A stretch of 64,000 nt of DNA from positions 1,134,350 to 1,198,349 of the forward strand of contig MU006092.1 in assembly GCA_010093705.1 (NCBI GenBank), given 5' to 3'. This document shows positions 24,695 through 38,806 of this stretch, in pieces; position 1 is the first letter of the stretch, and each line of letters opens with the position of its first letter. The notes under the pieces were generated by a model. It searched no databases and had not been told where the DNA came from. It saw nothing but the letters and a program-made list of their open reading frames with translations. A program made the position numbers and the translations under genes. This stretch comes from Patellaria atrata CBS 101060. Lineage: Eukaryota.

Positions 24695-27054
24695 TTCCAT
24701 GCATGGATAGACAGACATATTGCCCTTCTTCTAGTCCATCTCTTTTTTCATCACATGTCTTGCCGAGGTGAGCCAGCTATTGGCTCACTGCACTGCTATC
24801 ACACCTCTACTCTGCTTTTTCAAGCACCTAGTCTTCCGGACATATGCAGTGTTCCCTCAATAATGAATATTTCTTCCTAAGTCCCTCCGTCATGGTTTGA
24901 AGCAGCGGTAGATGTCACTTAAATTTCTGTTCCGTGTGATTTTTAGTCCTAGTCTTCAAGTTACCTTGCTTCCGGTCAAGCTCCAAGTTGAAAGATGACG
25001 AGTCTCCTTAAGTGTGATTGGAACATGCGAAAAGCCCTAACGATGAAGATGAGGACGTTCTTTTTGGAGAATGTAAAAATAGTAACAAGCGGGGGTGAAA
25101 CGGCAGCCTCCCGTCTGGTGCATGACTGGAAATTGAAAGGTGAGAGCTGGGGCTCCTAGACGCCAAGGAACATGGGTTGATCGAGCTAAAGCCAGCTTGT
25201 TGGGGCCATCTTTCGGTCATATTTGCAAAGCTTATTAACACGCTTGTCCAAATACCCTCCCATTGCTCCTAACGGTCACGCATTTCGTCTAATATTGCTC
25301 TCTATCTCATATTGTCCTTTTATCCAGGCCGCTGATTCGCGAATTTTAGCCTTTCTTTCCTCTCAGCCAGACCATCATGTGGTGCGGAAAGATCATAACA
25401 TTTCCAAGATCCGGGTTGCCCTCTTTGGAGATAACACAAAACTGTCTGCAGGAACACAGCCATGTCTATTATCTCCCGATGCCCAGGACAAATCCGTAGA
25501 CCTGAGGCTAGACCCCTTACCTATGATCGTCCATTTCCCCAATAATCCGTGTGAACCTTCAGCTCGTGCTCCTTGAACGGGCCAATAACAGCAAAATCAG
25601 TTTCACTAGATATCCAGCCATGTAACGACGTCAAACACCAACCATAGACATCATATCCTCATCCATGGCATGGGGGCTCAAGTGGCTTGATATCATAGTC
25701 ACCCACTGTTTTTCCTGACCGGTCCGCATGCTTGGCTTCAGATATTGTGGTGCTTTTATCAGTATGTGAATCTCTGAGCGTTGTTTCTATTTTCGGATTC
25801 CAAGAAAGGATAACTTTGAGAATTTAAACCGCATATAAAATAGTCCCGGTGTCTCGCTTTCAGACGGATTATTCGGATCCTTTCGGTATCATCATCATTT
25901 ATCAGTGGAAACTTCATCTGATTCTCTCAATCTATCAAAGTCCTTACGTCATTTTTATCTCCTGTCCGTGTGGATTTACTCCACGGCGTGCTCAATTACC
26001 GCGATGATGTTCTTATCTCAACATCTTATGACTGCGTTTGCAGAATCTTTTCGCCTCTTCACACCAAGCAGTATCACATCCGCAGTTCCCTACACGGCAA
26101 TCTCAACCCACGGAAGCCGCCAGAGTTTTCTATGCACGGACCTCGAGTTTGGGTTCTCGACCAGAGTGCTCTAGAGCAACTCCATACCCTCTCCCCACGC
26201 TCGCACCGCGGCAGCCATACTATTTACCTAAGCAACCGATACCTCCACCTACTACTCCTGGGTCTCGATGGCTTTCCCCTACTTTAACTGAGTCTTCTGA
26301 GCCTGTAAAGAAGAAACGGATGACCGAGAGCCCTATGCGAGAACCAGGGACTTGATGGTTCATACGACTCAGAGGTGGCAATGTACTCGAGCTACTTTCA
26401 ACGAATGCAACCAGCTGTCACGAGTATATAACGAGCGTCATTCCCCAATGAGAATCAAAGGGAAACTAAATAGCTAGTTCACGTATGCGAGCAGTTAAAT
26501 ATCGCAGTTGAGACGACTTTCCGTCAGGATTGAACCTCCATTTTTCACCACTTGCTTGAGCATGTGAGAGAGCGTTGGGAGAGACTTGAGTTTTGTACCT
26601 GTATGCTGCTCAGTGTACGTAGGGTGGAATTTGTACTATACTGCCTTTAAGGCTCCTACTCAATACTACGAGTTTGCTTTGAGGCCACCTAACCATACGT
26701 TCCACTACAACGGACTTCTGAATACTGCACATTTACTAATATCAGTACTAAATCCAACAAAACTAGCAAAGGCGCGAGATAGATAGTACCATTGATTGTA
26801 CATTAAACGTACGGCAACTGACCGTGGACAGATGGTGATATTTCTAGCTTATAGGTTCAATACACTGAGTTAATATAGTGCTCTAATGGACAATAACAAT
26901 GAAGATCTTCCTTTAGACTAATTCTCTATAGGCCGTGCAGTTGTTCCATCGCATCGGGGCTCGTTCCTGCCCCACCATTCTATTCAGACAGCTACAAAAC
27001 TCCGCAATCGCACCCCACCAGAATAGCTTTTTTCCATCTACATAGTTTTACTGA

Positions 27055-27760
27055 ATGTACCAAAGACTCATACTATTATCACCCATTGCTCGTCGATCTA
27101 GCTTGTTACTACATATAACTCCTCGTACAGTAACACGATCTCTCCAACACAAATTTCTATCTCAATATCATAGAATGTCCGACGTCAAGAAGATCTTTAC
27201 CGCTGATGCATGCCCTCGTAAGAACATAGTCTTTAATACTCCTGATTCTGTGCCATTGAGTTAATTCGCATCAATTGTAGCTGCCGGACCCTATGTAAGT
27301 ATCTTCCCTATAGCACGAGCAGTTACCCTGCGCAGAAGAAGACCTGGCAAGCTCCATACCAACAAGTCTTCCTAGACTCAAGCAATCGTAGCCAACGGCA
27401 CCATCTACGTCTCCGGTCAAATCCCAGCCGACAATCAAGGAAATCTGGTAGAAGGTTCTATCGCGAAGAAGACAGAGACATGCTGCAACAACATCATTTC
27501 CATACTGAAAGAGGCGGGAAGTGATATTACCAAGGTTGTCAAGGTATGTTGAATCATCCGGTGTCTGAGATTATGGAGTATCTTGCGGCTGATGGAATGC
27601 ACAGGTCAACGTTTTCCTAGATGATATGGCGAATTTCGGCGAGATGAACAGCACGTATGAGAAATTCTTCGCACATAAACCTGCGAGGAGCTGTGTTGCG
27701 GTTAAGCAGCTGCCGAAGGGTGTGCCGGTGGAGATTGAGTGTATTGCATTGGCAGGGTAG
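27055..27760 (+). CDS. RidA/YjgF/UK114 (Mmf1-like) enamine/imine deaminase
   Basis: Exons 27055-27217, 27281-27294 (14-nt microexon), 27376-27543 and 27605-27760. Motifs PAGPYTQAI, YVSGQIP and KPARSCVAVKQLPKGVPVEIE. Second in-frame ATG at 27175. Confidence 0.93.
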
Positions 27761-28506
27761 GTGTGTGAGAGTGAAGGTATGCGCGAGAGTCACTGCTTCA
27801 TGAGGGTTGCACTGATTCTCCTGTTGAAGTGATTGAGGCTATGTACAGTACAAGAACTAATCATATTCATAGACCGAGGACTCAAAAATTGTAGATCGAA
27901 AAGTCGAATTCAATCAAAAGTCTTCTACCCCTGATTTGTGTGCATATGGGTATGACTGGTTTCCGGTGCGTGAACTCAGTCAGAGCTGAGTTTGTAAAAT
28001 ACGACGACACAGAACCGCTTGACTGCCTTTTCAAAGCTATTGAATCTAAAATCACTGGAACCATGCACTATGGATCTCTCTTGATGTTGATACTGTTACT
28101 CTCAGGCGTTTCAGGGTGGGTAGCTCCGCAAGGCTGGACAGAAACATGAATCCGTAAATGCAGAGACTATCCTATTACATGCTCCCCAAAGATGACAGAC
28201 AAGGTTGGACTCGAAGCCGAATAACGCTATCCGGGTAGATGGATCTATTGTAAGAATCATAAAGTATGGATACGATCAGAACACGGTCAGCCAGAAGTGG
28301 TTACACCGTGGAACACCAACGACGGAAGAAAGGGGAAAGTAAATAAATGTTTGAAATGTAAGCATCCCATATACGTGAATTGCAAGAAGGCAGAACGTTA
28401 CGAGCCAGGAAAGCAGTCTAGATATTACATCCGTAAGGAAAGAGATCAATATGCCTATTTTCACAGAATCCTGCTTAAATACTTGGACTAGAGACGTCTC
28501 CACTCT

Positions 28507-28542
28507 TTTCACAAAACATTTCACAAAACATTTCACACAAAA
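28507..28542. repeat. 12-bp tandem repeat TTTCACAAAACA, 2 exact copies plus 1 variant
   Basis: Read directly from the sequence. Confidence 0.7.
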
Positions 28543-29239
28543 TCTACACTACTTATCCCTTCTTCCGCGTTAGCGCTCATCTCTCTTGTACAGTGCCTCT
28601 TCAATCAAAGAGCCTGACTTTGCTGCAGAAGACGTAGAGACTGTATAACACTCTTGGGGTGGAACAAAATCGAAGCGTATGAGACACCCCTTGCACCCGA
28701 ATGTGCAAATAGTGTGAAAACGGCACGAGAAAAGAACCGTGAAAAAGACCAAAATGTACCGAAACACTGGATACGTAGAAAGTGAGTGACTGTGCAAGCC
28801 AGATGGGTAGGACCGAAACGTAGAAATTGTGTACACGGTGAGCACTACTGGGTGAGAAGACCTGATGCAGCTTGAATGTGAAAGTACCTAAGCCCGTACC
28901 GTAGATTCGGTATACAGCAACAAAAAGTGCGAAATGTGAAGTTGAACCAGGAAGAAACACGAGGCAAGAGGTTCGATGTTGTCCCCGCCAAGCCCTGTCC
29001 CTGCCAAGCTCCCGCAACCCCTGTTTTCCCTAAACCGTTTCGGGTACTCTGTTTTCCACTAAGCGAAACCCAGCAACATCATCACAAGCAAAACACCGAG
29101 AAACCTACAAACTCTCCTAAGAACTCCCACACCTAAGCTTCCTCCCATACACGAACCTTGGACTTTCCATAACATCTATTACGGATCCTGGAGGTATCCT
29201 AATATCATACTCACTATTTTGTTTCCTCCGTCGCCTTTC

Positions 29240-32200
29240 ATGATGGCCGTTGTCCCCGATGGGGCTTCCTCGATCTCCGTCACGGTTAGAGTCCGCCCGT
29301 TTACGATTCGCGAAGCGGCTCAGCTCACGAAGGCGGATGATTCAGTGCTGTTTCTTGGTGATGGGAGTTTGGCTGGTGTTCCTACTCCTAAACTGAACTC
29401 TAAAGGCATTCGTTCTGTCATCAAGGTCGTGGATGAGAAGTGTTTGTAAGTCAACAACACATCACCAATTGGGTTATATATCAGCATGATGTGAATTGAT
29501 GCTGATTTTATGATGTAGGGTATTCGATCCACCGGAAGATAGCCCCGTCCAGAAATTCTCCAGGAGTGTTGTCCCGAATGGGAAGAGAGTAAAGGATCAG
29601 ACATTCGCGTTCGATAGGGTGTTTGATGATAATACGAGCCAAGGAGATGTTTATGAATCGACGACCAAACCATTACTTGATAGTGTATTGGATGGGTATA
29701 ATGCTACGGTCTTTGCTTATGGTGCTACGGGCTGTGGGAAGACGCATACCATCACGTAGGCCTTTCTATCGGAATGATGAATAGTAATACTGACTTGAGT
29801 AGTGGTACCGTACAACAACCTGGAATAATTTTCCTGACGATGCAAGAACTTTTCGAGAGGATAGGAGAAAGGTCAGATGAGAAGGTCACCGAGATTTCGC
29901 TTTCTTATCTCGAGATTTACAATGAGACGATCAGAGATTTGCTGGTTCCAGGCGGAAGTAAACAAGGTCTTATGCTACGAGAGGATGCGAATCAAGCGGT
30001 CTCTGTCGCAGGATTGTCAAGTCATCATCCACAAAATGTGAGTTGTTATTCACGTGTATGAGTACGAGTTGCTAATTTGATTTATAGGTTCAAGAAGTTA
30101 TGGATATGATCGTACGAGGCAACGAATATCGCACAATGTCTCCCACCGAAGCTAACGCAACATCTTCACGTTCACACGCCGTCCTACAAATCAACTTATC
30201 CTCGAAAGACCGCAATGCGGATGTCAATGAACCGCATACCATGGCTACCCTTAGCATAATAGATCTTGCAGGTAGTGAAAGGGCAAGCGCGACTAAGAAC
30301 CGAGGCGAACGGCTGATCGAAGGTGCCAATATCAACAAGTCTCTTCTTGCTCTAGGAAGTTGCATCAACGCATTATGCGATCCTCGCAAACGTAACCACG
30401 TCCCATACCGTAACTCAAAACTCACGCGATTACTCAAGTTCTCTTTGGGTGGAAACTGCAAAACTGTCATGATTGTCTGTGTCAGTCCTTCGAGCGCACA
30501 CTTCGATGAGACACAAAACACACTCCGTTATGCCAATCGTGCGAAGAATATTCAGACAAAGGTGACGAGGAATGTGTTCAATGTTAATCGTCATGTCAAG
30601 GATTTCTTGAAGAAGATTGATGAGCAAATGGCCATGATTAACGAACTGAAACAGCAACAGAAAGACTATGAAGGTCAAGCATTCATTAAGTTCCGAAAGC
30701 AAAGTGAAAAGCGAGAAGGCATGGCGAAAGAGGGTATACAGCGAATCAGGGCAGCATACGAACATTCATCTAGCGAACGACAAGAGAGGACGAACCACAT
30801 GAAGAAGTTGCGTCAAATAGAAAGACGCATCTCTATGATACAGGCCTGGGTTGCTGGCTTCGACACTGTGTGCGAATCTAGGGAAGATGAAGAACCACCC
30901 AAAGGTCTAGTCGCAATGAGGAAGACCGCGGTAGGCATACTTGCAGAGTTAGAGGGTAGTCGACAACATTACCATCAACGCATCGCGAGAAACAACTGGG
31001 ACCGCGCAATCGAGACTGCCCTTCAAACCGGGCTCCGCCAGCTCAAAGACGCGGACGGCATAGGGGATGGGAGCGAGATTACCAGCTTGGTGCGTGAAGC
31101 CGAACTGCTCAAATCCATCGCAGACCGCGAAGCCTATACCAGTGTTCTCGAGCAGGACAAAGGTGGCGATGCAGCGATCGTGCAGGTTTTGCTACAGGCG
31201 CATTTTGAGACTGTTGCGATATTAGGGCAGATTATAATCATGGATGAAGAAGAAGCGGTGCAAGCAGCGAGAAATGTACTAGGCAAGATTATTACAAGTT
31301 GCGAAGCAGCGAGTAGTCAGGTTATCAAACCAGATGGTGGATTGCCCGTGACCGAGATGTTTCCCCCGACTGCACGAGGGACGCCGAAGAGGAGGAAAGG
31401 GGCAGCGACCTTAGCCGGGCCGAGTCCAATGAAGGTTCCTGCGATGGCAGCAATTTCAAGGCTACAACTTTCAGATTCCTCACAGCTTGGTTCATCCCCG
31501 ATGAAAGCATCTCCCCGACGCCGAAAGCTAGGAGGCGTCAAGAAAGGCGTCCAATTCACGCCAAAGAAGAAGAGTCCAGTCAAAGGCATCAAACGCGGCG
31601 TTCGATGGCGAGACGACACCGAAGACGGCACCCTCGTCGAATTCGACGCGACACCCCAACCCATTCAATCCACACCCGAAATCTCCACCGACGTGGTCCT
31701 CCCCGCTCCTCAATTCATCGCCGCGGCCGCCCTGACCATGGGAATCAACGACGCTCCATCAGACGGTTCATCGCCCCTCCCCCCGCCTCCGGAAACAACC
31801 CTCGACCTCAAACCCGCGCAGCGGAACTCGAGGTTCCAGACGGGCTTCCTGAGCAAGAAAAACGAAGGCTCCCCTCCTCCACCTACGCTCTCTAATATCG
31901 GCCTCACCTTCTCGTCGGACGAAGACACATCCCCCCTCCGCGAACTCGAGCCGAATAAACTAAACCAGCGCTCTCCTCTCTCTATCGTCCACTCTACCTC
32001 CGCAGGGGAGAATCAGCAACCTAGGTACGAAACAGCTAGTTCGGGTTCCGACACAGAGAGAGCGTGGAAACCGGACCAGTCTGAAGCGCGCAAGATCCGC
32101 TCCGCTTTGAAACGCTCTTCCACCTCTAACTCTTCTTCCACACACACCCATGTCCAGCAGAACGCCGTGAGACGCGATCGCAGACGCAGTCCCACCGCCA

Positions 32201-32436
32201 CTTCAGCGGGTTCTCCGCCATCAGATGGTATCTTTTCCGCCAGCCATGCGCGCAGGATGGTCAGGGCGGAACGGGATAGTGCGGGGAGTGTGTTGTCGCC
32301 TAGAACCGCGATGGTAAGTAAGGGACGTAGGGTTACGGTTGTGGGGGGCGAGGAGAGGAGGGAGGGTTTGGTTGGAAGCGCAGGGATTAGGGGAAGGGGA
32401 AGTTTGGCCGGTGGGGTTGGGGGAAAGTGGCGGTAG
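29240..32436 (+). CDS. kip3: Kinesin-8 motor (Kip3/KipB-like)
   Basis: SISVTVRVRP, P-loop GATGCGKT, NATSSRSHAV, IDLAGSERA and HVPYRNSKLTRLLKFSLGGNCKT. Three introns lie between 29446 and ~30087. Confidence 0.93.
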
Positions 32437-32907
32437 GGTGGGTATGTTGTTGTTCGTGTATAGGTGGTGAGGATGGCATTGTTGGCGCTGCGTTGGAGTT
32501 TGCGCGGACAGGTCATGGATTCGGCGCTTAGATGCTTAGAGGGATCGGAAGGGTGTCTGGTGTTTCGTGTCGAGGTGCTTACTCTGTTTATTTGGTTCTT
32601 GCTTCTTGTATATTATCGGACAGGAATTGCACATGTCACACCTTTCTAACAAACTCCGCCTTGTTTGTTATTTCTTCTATCTGGATCTCCTTCGAACCAC
32701 AAGCTAGCACGGCTTCAGATCCCAGTCATCTCTACTTAATTTTAATATATATATATATACATATTATAAATCAAAAGGTTATGTAAAGCAAGCCGGTGTT
32801 TGGTTTCATCCCCGTTTCCAGCATCCCAATCCAGACTACCCTCAACAGTCAACCACACACTGATGACAAACCCCGCGGGCCCACAAAACCTTTCAGGGAC
32901 AATAATA

Positions 32908-34323
32908 CTACTCCCCCTCGTGCACCAACCCCCTCATCGCCCTCCTCAAATCCCCCCTCAAATCCTCCCAGCTCTCAACCCCGACACTGACCCTCAAAAG
33001 ACACGGATCGACGTTCTTATCGCTCATGCGGCGCCACTCGATCAAACTCTCCACACCGCCCAAACTGGTAGCGTGATGGAAGAGCTTCAGTTTCCCCGGC
33101 AGCCGCTTCGCGAAGTCGGGCGTGCGCATCGTGAGGGCGAAAACTGGGGCGCCGCCGTGGGGCATTTGCGCTTTCAGCCACGGCGAGGGGGGCTGGAGGG
33201 AGGAGTGTTGGACGCGGGCGACGGTTTGTCGGATGAGTTCTCGATCGCTTTCGCCGGCGTCCCCAGCCACCTCGAGGCCTCCGGCCAGCCATGCGACCAG
33301 CTCTTCCGCGCTCTCCGATTGTCGCCGCACGCGCAGTTCCAGCGTGCGCAGCGAGCGGACCCCCAGCCACGCCTCCAAACCCCCCATGACAGAGCCCAGA
33401 AACACGCGCTCGGAGACGAGGCCGGCCCACCACTCTCTCCTGCGCACGACGAGCACACCGCAGAGCATATCGGAGTGTCCGCCTAGGTACTTGGTCCCAG
33501 AATGCAATACCACGTCTGCGTGTTGCTCAAACGGGTCTTGCAGCCCGGGTGGGCCGAAGGTGGAATCGACGCACAGATACGCGCCCCTCGCATGGACCCG
33601 CGCCGCCATCGCGGCAATATCGGAGGCTTCGCCGGTCGGGTTGAGGGGCGTTTCGAGGTGAACCAAATCGCCGGTTCCCAGGCCCGCGGCGTCCCAGGCG
33701 GTTTCGGCGAAGTCGACGATGCGGAGGGTGGGGTTGAGTTTGCGGTGCAGGGCGAGGACGCCGTGGGAGCCGTGGTAGCCGTTGCGGATTGCGATGACGC
33801 GGGGGGAGAGGTGGACGAGGAGGGCGTGGAGCGCCGAGAGGCCGGATGTGTAGGTTATTGCGTGTCCGTGCAGGAGGGCGGAGAGGAGGGTCTCGAGGCG
33901 GGTGGTTGTGGGGGAGGAGAGGCGGGAGTAGATGTGCGGGAGGGTGGAGGGGTCGGTGATCTGGGTTGTCAGTTTGTTTGTTTGGGGGGGGTGGGAAGAA
34001 AGGGGTTAGAGATAGGGGTTTAGGGCGAAACGGAATAATGAGGGAAAGGAAGTATGTAGGGTAAGAGAGATACACACGTTTTCCTCGTCCACGGGCTCTA
34101 AGTTGTCGTACCGGAAGGTCGTCGAGACGTGCATTGCGGGCGCGACGTCGGCGTAGTAGTTTCCCGCATCGTCTGCGTGTACGGCGAGAGTAGAAGGGGC
34201 CCATTGCTCTTTTAGTTCCCATGAATTCTCATCCCCGTTTGCATTTTGGGAAGATGAGGTGGACACGCCTTTTGCCCTATCTAGAGGCGACGCGGTGTCT
34301 ACTGTGATGGTAGGGTCTGGCAT
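32908..34323 (-). CDS. Cys/Met-metabolism PLP-dependent enzyme (cystathionine gamma-synthase/lyase family)
   Basis: VAPAMHVSTTF, IYSRLSSPTTTRLE, LETPLNP, VDSTF, HSGTKYLGGHSD (PLP Lys) and ATSLGGVESLIE. Exons 34323-34078 and 33960-32908. Confidence 0.92.
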
Positions 34324-35068
34324 TTTTCTTTTTTTTTTTTTTTATATAAGAGACGAGATGGACTCAGAAATAGAAGATAACTTGTCTATGAAGCTATTCA
34401 ATATGACTGCTGATGGAGAAAACCTGCTTATTATGAAGATAGAGTGGATATGATGATGTTGTTAGGAAAAGTCGAGTGCAGAAACCTTCAATTGCAAAAA
34501 ACACATTATATACTTCCCCTTACGTGAAGCATTTGAGGAAAATTTCTTGCTCAATCGCGCCCTATTGTGTCATTGTAGAGGGGGTCATTGTGGTTGGGGA
34601 GATCGGAGGTAGGTCGGAGTTTAGACCAGACGGGAACTGAATGGTGGGGTGAATCGGATGGAATGGAGGGGTAGAATTCTCTTCTTCAAGCGCTATGAGA
34701 CCGGTAGGTAGAACAATTCAAAGAAAGACTATGATGGTGTTTCTCCTTGTATATAACAGACTGATACTTTTAGTATAATCAGACGTTTGATAATTGAGAG
34801 ATTCGGTTTTGATGGTTATGGAACCCGTAAGGATGGGAGTCATAACATCATGCTCACAGTGCCCCGCATCGACAGAATAAATCACAGATTTAGCACCTCA
34901 TTGATGGATCAGAAAATAACAGCAACTGATTCAGATTACCAATATATCGTTGCTATCGAGGATGACATTTTGGGTAGCATAACCTCTATCAAAACCGCCG
35001 CCGAAGGATTGATGGAGACGACGATTTTCTCGGTACTCTGACCACTCCACAAACATCGACGCGGCCAT

Positions 35069-36025
35069 TTACTCTGCGCCAGCGCCGACGATGGTTGGAG
35101 GACCATCCTTGTACTTGATCGCACCAGAGTTGCTACCGCAAGCCTCGATGGCACGAACGACCTTGTAAGACTCTACATCACCATCGGGCACACTGCCGAA
35201 GACGACGTGCTTTCCATCCAGCCAGCTGGTGACGACGGTGGTGACGAAGAATTGAGAGCCGTTACTATTCATACATTGTCAGACCTATGTACTCATTTAT
35301 GAGGGGTCATGATAGAAGGCTTACGTGTTGGGACCGGCGTTCGCCATCGAGAGGAGGAAGGGCTTGTTGTGGGTCAACTTGAAGTTCTCGTCTGCGAACT
35401 TCTCACCGTAGATGGACTTCCCTCCGGTACCCTGATGAAGCAGATAGATTAGTGATTGTTCTAGAGGAAGATGGCGCCAAGATGAGTGTGTCGGATTGGA
35501 TCACTTACGTTACCGCGGGTGAAGTCACCACCCTGAAGCATGAACTGGGGAATGACACGGTGGAACTTTGAACCCTGGTATCCAAAGCCCTTCTCACCGG
35601 TGCAGAGAGCACGGAAGTTTTCTACAGTCTTAGGGACGACATCATCGTAGAGCTCGAAGTTGATGCGACCGGATTGCTCTGAAAGAGGGGAGATGTCAGT
35701 TTTGATATAGCATAATAGAATGAAGTATATCTTGACATAGGGCGATCCCTCAAGGGGCTTGATGATGAACGACAGCTTCGTTGAACTGCAGGTCCGGTCT
35801 ATGGGAAGACTTACCTTTTACTTGGCCCTGGCTGGTAATATTGCCCTTCTGGTCAACAGAGATCTCGGGTCCCTTCCATTGAACATCAAAGTATGCCTTG
35901 ACTGTCATATTTGCGGATGAAGCGTGGAAGTATCTTGGTTTGATGGATAAAGGTGAGGAAGATTGTTGAGTTCGTGGGAGAAGAGATTTGGTGGCGGAGG
36001 AGAAAGTGTAGAGAGAACCCCGCAT
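35069..36025 (-). CDS. Cyclophilin A-type peptidyl-prolyl isomerase with mitochondrial presequence
   Basis: [62 protein letters not shown] and [10 protein letters not shown] across four exons. In-frame ATGs at 36025 and 35908. Confidence 0.96.
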
Positions 36026-36333
36026 GTTGGAGGGGAAGCAGGAGAGAGGGAGGATGGAGGGGTAAATTTATCGTTTAGGGCTGATGTGGACTACCGTAGA
36101 GAAAAATTAGCTTGGACCTTGCTGACGGAAGCTCGGAACTTCATTAGGAAGTGGCACGAGGTGGGGAGCTGGTCGGGAAAGGTGGGAAGGCGCAGTTGAG
36201 TAGGTGGGAAGGTGCGGTTGAGGTGGTGGGAAAGGGGGAAGGTGGGATGGAACTTGCACAAGCTTGCTAGAATCGGTAGCATGGGATGCCGGTACTCGCA
36301 TTAAGCAATAAGGGAAGGTACGGTAAGGCAGTA

Positions 36334-36373
36334 CAGTACCTCAGTACCTCAGTACCTCAGTACCTCAGTACCT
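36334..36373. repeat. (CAGTACCT)x5 perfect tandem repeat in the cyclophilin-epsin divergent intergenic region
   Basis: Five exact 8-bp copies read directly. Confidence 0.95.
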
Positions 36374-37031
36374 TTCGTTGCGGCAAAAGAACAGAACAAA
36401 GAAAGTGGAATAATAGGTGTGCAAGATGACGAGAACCCGCCTTGGGATATGACAGAGATGTGCATCCAAATCCGTCACCGTCACCATCTTACTTTCACCT
36501 TCCCGCCTGATCTTCTGTCCATCGTCCGATGAACGAGGTAGTAGATAGTGATGGGGACATTTCTGATGACGAGGTGATGCGGAGATGGGATAAAAGGGAT
36601 GTGACTTACATGTGCAGCACAACCTAATGTCTGGATACTTTTGATGGCAAGGTCGGGTGAGTTATACCGTACGGTCGGAGGTTGCGAAGATGCTAAAATA
36701 AATGGGAAGAAATCCAAAATACAATTGGCAAGGGATTGTGCGAAGGAGATGCTTTTATTATTGTACAATTGATGGAAAGCGGATTGAGTTTGTTGATATT
36801 TTTTGTTGTAGAGGAGAAAATACGAGATGGGACGGGAGGGAGTGCAAAACGATCAAACCGAATGGAAGAGGAAGCCAAGAACTTTTACATACTGTAACTT
36901 ATTTTGTTACAAACTGTAATCATCCAAACTCCTCCTGTCGATTTCTACTTTGTTTGAGCTCTTCCCAACTCCACCGTCTCCACGAAGGCTGGAGCCTCAT
37001 AACACTTCAATTCAGATCATCCACTTCGAAC

Positions 37032-38806
37032 ATGAACATGGACTTTTCAAGTATCAAAGAGCAAGTGAGCAACTTGACTCTCTACGACATCAAAGCCGGT
37101 GTACGTAAGGTTCAAAATGGTAAGCTGAACTCTACACGTGTCGCGACTGAGCCAGACAATCTCTAACTATCTCCTCTACAGCTGTTATGAATTATACAGA
37201 GATGGAGGCCAAGGTATTACCATCTTGAATATTATACACCCTCGTCCTTACAAGCCTCCCTTACCCTAGGTTCGAGAAGCGACGAACAATGAACCTTGGG
37301 GTGCCTCTTCATCCCTGATGCAAGAAATCGCCAATGGCACATTCAACTAGTTAGCAAATCCCCGATTAGCTCGATTCCTACTTTATCTCACACTCTCACA
37401 GCCAATTACTCAACGAGATCATGCCAATGATATACAAACGTTTCACAGAAAAAGCAGCCGAAGAGTGGCGGCAAATTTACAAGGCCCTCCAACTTCTCGA
37501 ATTCCTCATCAAGAACGGTTCAGAAAGAGTCATCGACGATGCCCGATCTCATCTCTCTCTTCTCAAAATGCTCAGACAATTTCACTTTATCGATCAAAAC
37601 GGTAAGGACCAGGGGATAAATGTTCGAAACCGATCAAAGGAGCTGGCAGAGCTATTAAGTGACGTTGAGAAAATTCGATCAGAAAGAAAGAAAGCAAGGG
37701 CAACGAGAAATAAATATGGTGGGGTTGAGGGTGGCTTAGGTGCAAGTGGTGGTTTCTCAAGCGGCGGGAGCAGATACGGCGGTTTCGGTAGCGAGGAGGG
37801 AGGCTATGGTGGATACAGCGGAGGTGTCTACGGTGACGGTGGTGGTTTCGGCGGCAACACAAGTGGTTTCTCCGATACACAAGCACGTCGTGACCGATTC
37901 GAGGAATATGACGAGTACGACGAAGGAGCGGTTACATCAAGCTCTCATACTCACAGGAGGGGCGAGAGTACGGCGAGCACATCGAACATAAAGCGCGAAA
38001 CCAAACCGGTGGAACCGCCTAAGCCGAAGGAGCCGGAAGTTGACCTCTTCTCCTTTGGTGACGATGAGCCAGCAAAAACGTCTAATGGGAAACAACCCGT
38101 GACAACCTCCTCTTCTAACGACTTCGGCGCCTTACAAGGAACCGCAGATGATGATGATTTCGACGACTTCCAATCCGCGACCCCCGCCACCAGCACACTC
38201 CCCTCTACCACCCAGTCTCAATCCAACTTCAGCGCTGCCATCCCACCTCCAACCTCTATGACCTCCGCCCAAACCCACTTCGCTGCACCCCAACCGCGCG
38301 TAGGGACACAAAACGCAAGCTTCACAACCCTTTTAAATACTGTCTCTCCACCCCCTCCCAGCACTATGACTCCCTCCTCCACAACGACTACATCCGCATT
38401 CTCTCCACCACCAGTTACACAACCCGGTTTTGGCCAACCCCCGAAACCAACGGGCTACCAAGCCGCTCAACCGAACTATTTCACCTCCGTCCCACTGGCT
38501 TCCTCCACCTCAGCGTCGACTCCAGTTACCTCGACCCCCGGGGTCGCCAGACCACCAGCTGGAGGATTCGGAGCGAAACCCGTGTCTGCGAGGGCGGCGG
38601 GCGGAGATGCGTTCAGTGATTTACTCGGCGGGAATTTTGGGAAGAAGAACGCACCGCAGGCGGGTAAGGTCAGCTTGGCGGATATGGCGAAGCAGAAGAC
38701 CAGTGCGGGATTGTGGGGTCCGCCGACCGTTACGGGAACGGGAGGGCAGGGACAGCAAAAGGGACAGCAAAAGGGTGGGAGTGCTTTGGATGATTTGTTG
38801 GGGTAG
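37032..38806 (+). CDS. ENT3: Epsin-related ENTH-domain protein (Ent3/epsinR)
   Basis: LYDIKAGVRKVQNAVMNYTEMEAKVREATNNEPWG and EEWRQIYKALQLLEFL in the ENTH domain; DLFSF, DDFDDF and C-terminal DDLL motifs. Four exons. Confidence 0.93.

Noticed and set aside
25905..26355. Three overlapping ~90-105 codon ORFs downstream of a TATA-like TATAAAA
   Set aside because: Near-cognate starts, no recognisable domain, and no coherent splice model.
32800..34222. Multiple long overlapping ORFs over the PLP lyase
   Set aside because: Explained by high GC3 depleting stops in other frames; the products are low-complexity and Arg/Pro-rich.
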